From positions 1,579,182 through 1,611,181 of the forward strand of contig NZ_AP023086.1 of the NCBI RefSeq assembly GCF_021655555.1: 32,000 nt of DNA, read 5' to 3'. The notes under the pieces are model-generated. The model was not told the DNA's origin, searched no databases, and worked only from the letters and a program-made list of their open reading frames with translations. Origin of the DNA: Marinagarivorans cellulosilyticus. GTDB taxonomy: Bacteria; Pseudomonadota; Gammaproteobacteria; Pseudomonadales; Cellvibrionaceae. Each line of letters starts with the position of its first letter. Position 1 is the stretch's first letter. This document shows, one piece after another, positions 26,040 through 32,000 of this stretch. A program made the translations under genes and the position numbers.

Positions 26040-29000
26040 ATGGAGAGGATGATAGAGTCTAGAAAAATGGCTGGTAAAAATACGAGCCAATCAATGGTTG
26101 ATTATCTGATTAGGCGGATTGAAGTGATTACGAAATCGTCTATCACTAAATCTGATTTAAAAAAGAACATAATGGATTTAGGTGTTGACTCTATTGGCCT
26201 AGTGAATATTGTGGATGATATTAAAAAGGAATTCGATATTGACCTGCAACCCACAATATTCTTCGAGTATCAGAGTATTTCTGAATTATCAACATACTTG
26301 ATAGACGAAGTTGGAAGTGCTGATGCACCGGCAGCCGCTGCCAACGTTAAAGAGACATATTCGTATATCGAACAACCCGATAAAAAATTTGAATCTCAAG
26401 AATTGCAGAGTAGGAGAGGTCACGCTGCGTCGTTTGTTCGGGATGCCAGCGAAGGTGATTTGGAGGATCTGTTCAATGCTTTTCAGGGTGCTGAGGGCGG
26501 TTCTAATTACCAGGATGCGAGCAAAAGCTACGCAAAACCTAAAGTAAAAGCCGAATTGGAAGATATCGCGGTTATCGGAATGGCTGGTAAGTTTTCCGGC
26601 TCAGATAATGTGAATGAGTTCTGGGAAAATATATCTAGCCAGAAAGACTTATTTAGTAAGGTTCCTAGCGACAGATTTGATTACGCGCAGTGGGCATCAG
26701 AGAATTATGATCTGGCAGATAAAATATACTGCGATCGCGGGAGCTTCATTTCTGATGTAGATAAGTTTGACGCTTCTTTTTTTAATATTCCCCCAAAAGA
26801 AGCCGCGATCTTAGATCCTCAGCTCAGACTATTACTGCAAGTTATTTATGAATCGATAGAAGATGCTGGCTATGCAAATAAGATAAGGGGAACAAACACC
26901 GGTATGTATGTTGGTGCTTGTTTTCACGATTACGAACTAGAACTGGTAAGGAACATGGGCGAGATGAGCCCCTATTTTGGGACTGGTAATGCCCTCACAA
27001 TGTTGGCGAATCGACCATCCTTTTATTTGGATTTAAAAGGGCCGAGTTTACCTTTGGACACTGCTTGCTCAGCCTCGTTAGTTGCCGTTAACGCAGCGCT
27101 GCAAGCTTTAAGAAATGACGAATGTGAAATGGCTTTTGTTGCCGGTACTAATTTACTTCTGAGTCCGCTTCATTATCGATACTTTTGTGCCATTGGCGCA
27201 CTATCTAAATCTGGAAATAGCTTCCCTTTTGACTCTCGAGCCGACGGTTATTTGCCTGGGGAGGCCGTGGGGGCTGTTTTACTCAAGCCACTTGAAAAGG
27301 CAAAGCGTGATGGGGATGAGATCCACGCAGTCATTAAGAGCGCCGCTGTAAATCACGGTGGTTATAGTGCTTCGTTCACTGCGCCCAATGTTTCGCAAGA
27401 AGCCGCAGTGATTAAAAAAGCGCTGTACGCTGGTGGTATCCCCGCAGAAAGTATTTCCTATATTGAAGCGCATGGAACGGGCACCTCGCTCGGCGATCCA
27501 ATAGAAGTTCAGGGTTTAAAGCAAGCTTTTAAAGGCGTAAATACTGATATTGCGCAATGTGCCCTCGGGACCACCAAGGCTCATATTGGGCACGCTGAAG
27601 GTGCTGCAGGTATAGCTGGGCTAATTAAAGTGATATTAGCCATGAAAAATAAAACAATCCCTGCAATGCCTCACCTCGAAGAGATTAACCCCTATATCAA
27701 TATGGAAGGGTCCCCTCTGTACATCAATAGACAAAATAAAAAATGGGAAGCCAATAGCGGATTTCCTAGAAGAGCAGGAATTAGCTCCTTCGGTATCGGT
27801 GGTGCCTATGCGCATATTGTTGTAGAAGAGTACGAGCAAGAGGAAATTGCAAACACTGCGCCTGACGAAAAGGATTCGGTGTTTGTGCTTTCAGCACGAA
27901 GTGAAGAGGTTTTACGCTCCTATTCAAATAATATTGCTGACTATGTTGAGGAGCAGTATTTAGGGGGGGGCATTAGTGGCTTGTACTCACCGAGTAAACT
28001 TTCCGAGTTTATTTTATCTGAAACTGGCAAAGATATCCCGGAAACCAGCTACGACGAGCACCTATTGGATCTGGGCTTTGATATATATGATTATGTAAAA
28101 ATCGCCGATCGCCTTTCTCGTGAGATGAACTCCAATGTGAGCGCTCGAATTATTTCACTACACCCAACGCTCTTCAAATTGGCTAACTTTCTTTCTGGTT
28201 CAGAAAATGTTGAAACGCCAAGGGTACGAGTGAGTGATCTTGCTTACACCATGCAGGTGGGCAGAGAGGCTATGCCATATCGTTTGGCTATTGTTACACG
28301 CGACCACGAAACACTCATCGAAGAATTAAGAAGTTTCTCCAAAAATACTCAAAGTGGACAAGCCTGTTTTTATAATTTGGGCCAGAAATCCGATCAATGG
28401 AGTGAGCTACTAGAGACCCAAGAGGGTGAAGGGTTTCTAAAAACGCTACTGGAATCTGGTAATCAAACGCATCTAGCAAAGCTTTGGGTTAATGGCGTTG
28501 ACGTACCCTGGGGAAGCACCACTGCTGAAAAAAGACGACTGGTAAAGCTACCCTCTTACCCTTTCCAAAAAGTTCGCTTTTGGTATTCCGAAGAAGTAGC
28601 GGTACAGCCCAAAAATAAAGAAAAAATCATAAATATTGTTGATCAGGTACGCAAGAAAGAAACGACAGCGGATATCCTTAAAGATATATGGATGACGTAC
28701 TTGTCTGTGGAATCGATTAATGAGAATGATAATTTCATGGCGTTGGGTGGGACTTCAATTAATTCGACCCAAGTTGTGGTAGAAATCAACAGACGCTTCG
28801 ATACAAATATCACTGTCGGTGAATTTGGCCAATGCAAGGATTTGGGCGAGTTATCATCCATTGTTGAATCGCGCAAAAAGCCTGAGCGTGCTGATAGCTC
28901 TAGCGTCAGTACCCTAGTTCGGAGTATTACTTCCTCTAATAAAAAGCAAGGTAAGCTGAGTTCCGATCAGATGAGGCTTTGGGTTTTGTCCCAAATGTAT

Positions 29001-32000
29001 CCAAATAACCACCGTCATAATATTTCATCGGCGTATGAAATAACCGCCGCACTCAATCCGTCAATTCTTCAAGAATCAATGGATATTGTAGTAGCTACCC
29101 ACGGTTCAATAAGAACTCGTTTTGGCACCAAAGACGGTGTTCCTTATCAGGATATCGTCGATACATCCAAAATCAAAATTACATTCCACGACAATGTCCA
29201 GTCGAGAGCACAAGCCTTAGACATCATCAACGAAGCAGCAAAAAGACCTTTTGAACTCGACAAGGCAGAACTTGTTCGTGTGACGGTAATTAATGAAGGT
29301 GGCGTAGTAATTCTTTCAATCATTGCTCATCACATTATTGCAGATATTACGTCTGTCGATGTTATTGCGAAAGATCTAATTACTACCTACAGCGCGTTAA
29401 CAAACGGTAGCAAAGGTGAAAGTATTGACTTAGGCCGTGCACAATTTCTAGACTATATTTCCTTGTCTGCGGATTCCAAAATAAAGACGAAGTCTCAGGA
29501 CATTAGTTTTTGGAGGGAGTATCTAAAAGATGCACCTAACGAGATTACCTTGCCTTTCGACAGCCCGCGCGGTGAAAGTCACTCTCATAATTCCAAGCAG
29601 CTTCACTTTGAACTGGGTAAGGAGCACGTTAACTTGGTGCGCAATACCGCCAAGTCACTATCAATTACTCCTTTTATATTAACCTATTCGGTTTTTAACG
29701 TCGTATTTTCGGAATTGTGCCAACAGCACGACTTCCTTATCGGGGTGCCAAACGCGAATAGGCATTTACCCGATAGCCAAGATATGGTTGGTTTTTTGGC
29801 GAATACTTTGGTCTTAAGGTCTAAGGTTACTCAAGAACAAGACTTCGAGTCTTATACCAAGGATGTTAAAAATGATCTTTATAATGTCTTTGACCATCAA
29901 AATATGGGGTTTGGTGATATTGCCGCGGAACTGAAAGTCCCATCACCTAAAAACCATAATCCAATGTTTCAAATACTCTTCAATATGATTAATCGCGATG
30001 AGTATTTACTGCAAGAAAATGGAATTAGCCTAAAAACCCTCCCGATTCCATTGGTCACCCTAGATTTTGATATTCTATTTTCGGTGGATATCATGGGGGA
30101 GCGTTTGCGTGTCTCCATGGATTTCGATTCGGATCTATTTGAGACAAAAACTGTAGAATCGATTTTAAACGCTTTTGAGCTTGCGCTTGGATACACCCTT
30201 GATATCTTAAGCCGAGGCGAAAGCCTGGTTTGTTCTTCGATTGGCGCACTGTGCAAACTGTGTGACACGAAGGAAAATGAGCGAAATGAGGAAGGAAAAT
30301 TACTCATTTCATCTACCTTTACGGCTGAGCCGCTGTCCGAAACGCTTAATTTTTGGCTGGATAAAGTCGGCTTAAACCTAGGCCTCGACTATGCGCCTTA
30401 CAACCAGGTGTTTCAGCAACTACTTGATCCTTCGCAAGGCTTATACAGTAACCCGAAGGGCGTGAATACTGTTCTGGTCCGTTTAGATGATTGGCTGCGC
30501 TTCAATCGACAGAATAGTTCCGTCGGCTCCGTTGATGAAGAGTTAAATCGAATTCTTGATGATTTCGAAAAAGCGCTGATTCAATATGGAAGTTCAGTTT
30601 CCACTGCGCTCGTGGTAGTGCTGCTGCCCACGAATCAGGAAAATTCTAAAGAGCATTTGCTTCGTGAAAGGGTGGAAAAAGTCGCCAGCGGTTTTAGCAA
30701 TATCAATGTCCTAGGGAGCGACGAGATAGACGCCTATTACTCTGTCGACGAAAAGTTTGACTCAGTTGCAGACAGCGTTGGTCACGTGCCCTTTACATCT
30801 AGCTATTTTTCGGCGATTGGTACCGCACTTGTACGCAGCGTTAGGTCGCACTTTCTCAGTCCGTATAAAGTGATTGTAGTCGATTGTGATAACACGCTAT
30901 GGAAGGGGGTCGTTGGTGAACTCGGCTGTGAGGGAATCCAAATTGACCCCGCACGCCAAAAATTACAAGAGTTTCTAGTCGAGCAGAAAAATGCGGGTGT
31001 TTTATTGTGTGTTGCCAGTAAAAATGTCGAGGAGGATGTTGCTTCCGTATTTGGTCAGCGAACAGATATGCCACTTAAGTCAGACGACGTTGTTCTTTGG
31101 AAGGTTAATTGGGACGCGAAATCAAAGAATATCATTGAGATGTCTAACGAGCTTAATTTGGGTTTGGATAGCTTCGTCTTTATTGATGACAACCCAATTG
31201 AGTGTGCGGAAGTATCTGCCGCTTTACCCCAAGTATTAACCATTCAATTCCCTCAAGAATCGAAAGAGATTGAGTCCATGTTGAATTCGCTTTGGGACCT
31301 AGACCGTAAAGGGGTCTCAGGGGAAGACTCGAAGCGTACTGACCTTTATCAGCAGAATATTAAACGCGATAAAGCCTTAAAGAATTCTAGCTCTTTTCAG
31401 GATTTCATCGATAGCTTGGAGCTTCAAATTGATTTTCAGCCGGTCGATGACAGCACTATAGGGCGCGTAAGCCAGCTGTTTTTGCGTACCAACCAATTTA
31501 ATGCGACAACCCGGCGGCACAGTCAATCGCAGTTGGAACAGATGATTCGAGATCGCGGTTACGAATGCACGACGGTCTCGGTAAAGGATCGGTTTGGAGA
31601 ATACGGTTTAGTTGGCGTTTTGCTGTATAGCTTTAATAAAGATTGTGTTGTTCTCGATAGTTTTTTGCTGAGCTGTCGTGTGCTAGGTAAGGGCGTTGAG
31701 CACCGAATGATCAATGAGGTGGCAAAGAAGGCATCTCAAAGAAGCGTGGCAAGTGTGCAACTGGACTTTGTTGAAACCGAAAAAAATATTCCAATTAAGA
31801 AGTTTTACGATTCAATAAAGCCTTCTAGCTGGGATCCCCAGGAGCACAAGTACCTCATTAAGGTTGAAGATGCGTTGCGCTTTAAGTTTAATCCAGAGTT
31901 TAAATCGCAGGATGTTAACGAACAACCTAAGGTAATTGAAACTTTCAATAATAAATCACCCGTCGAAATGGCTGAGGTGGCCTTAAATCTCAATTCTATC
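26040..32000 (+). CDS. Partial megasynthase 2 (open at right edge, at least 1987 codons): ACP - KS - ACP-like (degenerate) - PCP - C - FkbH/HAD-like
   Basis: Manual translation from ATG 26040 (MERMIESRKMAGKNTSQSMVDYLIRRIEV...). It is missing from the supplied ORF track, which appears to omit ORFs running off the edge. Start codon ambiguous (ATG 26040, 26049 or 26067). Confidence 0.92.
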   Translation, partial: MERMIESRKMAGKNTSQSMVDYLIRRIEVITKSSITKSDLKKNIMDLGVDSIGLVNIVDDIKKEFDIDLQPTIFFEYQSISELSTYLIDEVGSADAPAAAANVKETYSYIEQPDKKFESQELQSRRGHAASFVRDASEGDLEDLFNAFQGAEGGSNYQDASKSYAKPKVKAELEDIAVIGMAGKFSGSDNVNEFWENISSQKDLFSKVPSDRFDYAQWASENYDLADKIYCDRGSFISDVDKFDASFFNIPPKEAAILDPQLRLLLQVIYESIEDAGYANKIRGTNTGMYVGACFHDYELELVRNMGEMSPYFGTGNALTMLANRPSFYLDLKGPSLPLDTACSASLVAVNAALQALRNDECEMAFVAGTNLLLSPLHYRYFCAIGALSKSGNSFPFDSRADGYLPGEAVGAVLLKPLEKAKRDGDEIHAVIKSAAVNHGGYSASFTAPNVSQEAAVIKKALYAGGIPAESISYIEAHGTGTSLGDPIEVQGLKQAFKGVNTDIAQCALGTTKAHIGHAEGAAGIAGLIKVILAMKNKTIPAMPHLEEINPYINMEGSPLYINRQNKKWEANSGFPRRAGISSFGIGGAYAHIVVEEYEQEEIANTAPDEKDSVFVLSARSEEVLRSYSNNIADYVEEQYLGGGISGLYSPSKLSEFILSETGKDIPETSYDEHLLDLGFDIYDYVKIADRLSREMNSNVSARIISLHPTLFKLANFLSGSENVETPRVRVSDLAYTMQVGREAMPYRLAIVTRDHETLIEELRSFSKNTQSGQACFYNLGQKSDQWSELLETQEGEGFLKTLLESGNQTHLAKLWVNGVDVPWGSTTAEKRRLVKLPSYPFQKVRFWYSEEVAVQPKNKEKIINIVDQVRKKETTADILKDIWMTYLSVESINENDNFMALGGTSINSTQVVVEINRRFDTNITVGEFGQCKDLGELSSIVESRKKPERADSSSVSTLVRSITSSNKKQGKLSSDQMRLWVLSQMYPNNHRHNISSAYEITAALNPSILQESMDIVVATHGSIRTRFGTKDGVPYQDIVDTSKIKITFHDNVQSRAQALDIINEAAKRPFELDKAELVRVTVINEGGVVILSIIAHHIIADITSVDVIAKDLITTYSALTNGSKGESIDLGRAQFLDYISLSADSKIKTKSQDISFWREYLKDAPNEITLPFDSPRGESHSHNSKQLHFELGKEHVNLVRNTAKSLSITPFILTYSVFNVVFSELCQQHDFLIGVPNANRHLPDSQDMVGFLANTLVLRSKVTQEQDFESYTKDVKNDLYNVFDHQNMGFGDIAAELKVPSPKNHNPMFQILFNMINRDEYLLQENGISLKTLPIPLVTLDFDILFSVDIMGERLRVSMDFDSDLFETKTVESILNAFELALGYTLDILSRGESLVCSSIGALCKLCDTKENERNEEGKLLISSTFTAEPLSETLNFWLDKVGLNLGLDYAPYNQVFQQLLDPSQGLYSNPKGVNTVLVRLDDWLRFNRQNSSVGSVDEELNRILDDFEKALIQYGSSVSTALVVVLLPTNQENSKEHLLRERVEKVASGFSNINVLGSDEIDAYYSVDEKFDSVADSVGHVPFTSSYFSAIGTALVRSVRSHFLSPYKVIVVDCDNTLWKGVVGELGCEGIQIDPARQKLQEFLVEQKNAGVLLCVASKNVEEDVASVFGQRTDMPLKSDDVVLWKVNWDAKSKNIIEMSNELNLGLDSFVFIDDNPIECAEVSAALPQVLTIQFPQESKEIESMLNSLWDLDRKGVSGEDSKRTDLYQQNIKRDKALKNSSSFQDFIDSLELQIDFQPVDDSTIGRVSQLFLRTNQFNATTRRHSQSQLEQMIRDRGYECTTVSVKDRFGEYGLVGVLLYSFNKDCVVLDSFLLSCRVLGKGVEHRMINEVAKKASQRSVASVQLDFVETEKNIPIKKFYDSIKPSSWDPQEHKYLIKVEDALRFKFNPEFKSQDVNEQPKVIETFNNKSPVEMAEVALNLNSI
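26100..26320 (+). other. Domain: ACP at the N-terminus of megasynthase 2
   Basis: LKKNIMDLGVDSIGLVNIVDDIKKEFDIDLQPTIFFEYQSISELSTYLIDE. Confidence 0.9.
26560..27840 (+). other. Domain: ketosynthase 3
   Basis: EDIAVIGMAGKFSGSDNVNEFW; LDPQLRLLLQ; DTACSASLVAVNAAL; IEAHGTGTSLGDPIE; TTKAHIGHAEGAAG; GISSFGIGGAYAHIVVEEY. Confidence 0.94.
27970..28200 (+). other. ACP-like domain lacking the phosphopantetheine serine, inserted in the post-KS linker
   Basis: PSKLSEFILSETGKDIPETSYDEHLLDLGFDIYDYVKIADRLSREMNSNVSARIISLHPTLFKLANFLSG. It follows the ACP helix pattern with GFDIY in place of GFDSI. The linker resumes as VSDLAYTMQVGREAMPYRLAI. Confidence 0.6.
28650..28885 (+). other. Domain: PCP/carrier protein
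   Basis: TTADILKDIWMTYLSVESINENDNFMALGGTSINSTQVVVEINRRFDTNITVGEF; Ser in LGGTS. Confidence 0.88.
28950..30230 (+). other. Domain: NRPS-type condensation domain
   Basis: LSSDQMRLWVLSQMYP; IIAHHIIADITSVDVI (HHxxxD retained, following G changed to I); SFWREYLKDAP; VPNANRH; MVGFLANTLVLR. Confidence 0.85.
30290..31870 (+). other. Domain: FkbH-like (HAD superfamily)
   Basis: YKVIVVDCDNTLWKGVVGELGCEGIQIDPARQKLQEFL; LLCVASKNVEEDV; SFVFIDDNPIECAEV; LFLRTNQFNATTRRHSQSQLEQMI; LLSCRVLGKGVEHRMINEV. Confidence 0.9.

Noticed and set aside
1-32000. CRISPR array, tRNA or rRNA genes
   Set aside because: No regularly spaced direct repeats and no recognisable tRNA/rRNA sequence were seen on reading. A tRNAscan/Infernal run would be needed to exclude them completely.

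Overview
The window is dominated by a trans-AT-type hybrid NRPS/PKS locus on the + strand, about 9957 to past 32000. Megasynthase 1 (9957-21359, 3800 aa) reads as formyltransferase - truncated C-like region - adenylation (extracted code DILQMGMIWK, glycine-like) - carrier - KS - DH-like with an altered catalytic motif - KR - ACP - ACP - KS - DH. No AT domain is visible. Megasynthase 2 (26040 to the window end, open, missing from the supplied ORF track because it runs off the edge) reads as ACP - KS - Ser-less ACP-like insert - PCP - C - FkbH/HAD-like. Between them lie an RND/MMPL transporter fused at its C-terminus to a LolA-like lipoprotein-sorting domain, and an outer-membrane beta-barrel protein resembling DUF1302. 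This gives an assembly line interrupted by an envelope-export module. A small element with imperfect terminal inverted repeats sits right after megasynthase 1 and shares a 27-bp identical core with a second site near 9001, in the intergenic region upstream of it. The left flank holds a partial two-component-type beta-propeller sensor (minus), a small zinc-ribbon protein (minus), a decayed glutaminase remnant, a di-heme-motif secreted protein, a flavodoxin-like reductase, two MBL-fold hydrolases and a divergent LysR regulator. Product structure, start codons and family assignments are inferred from motifs only; no database searches were run.
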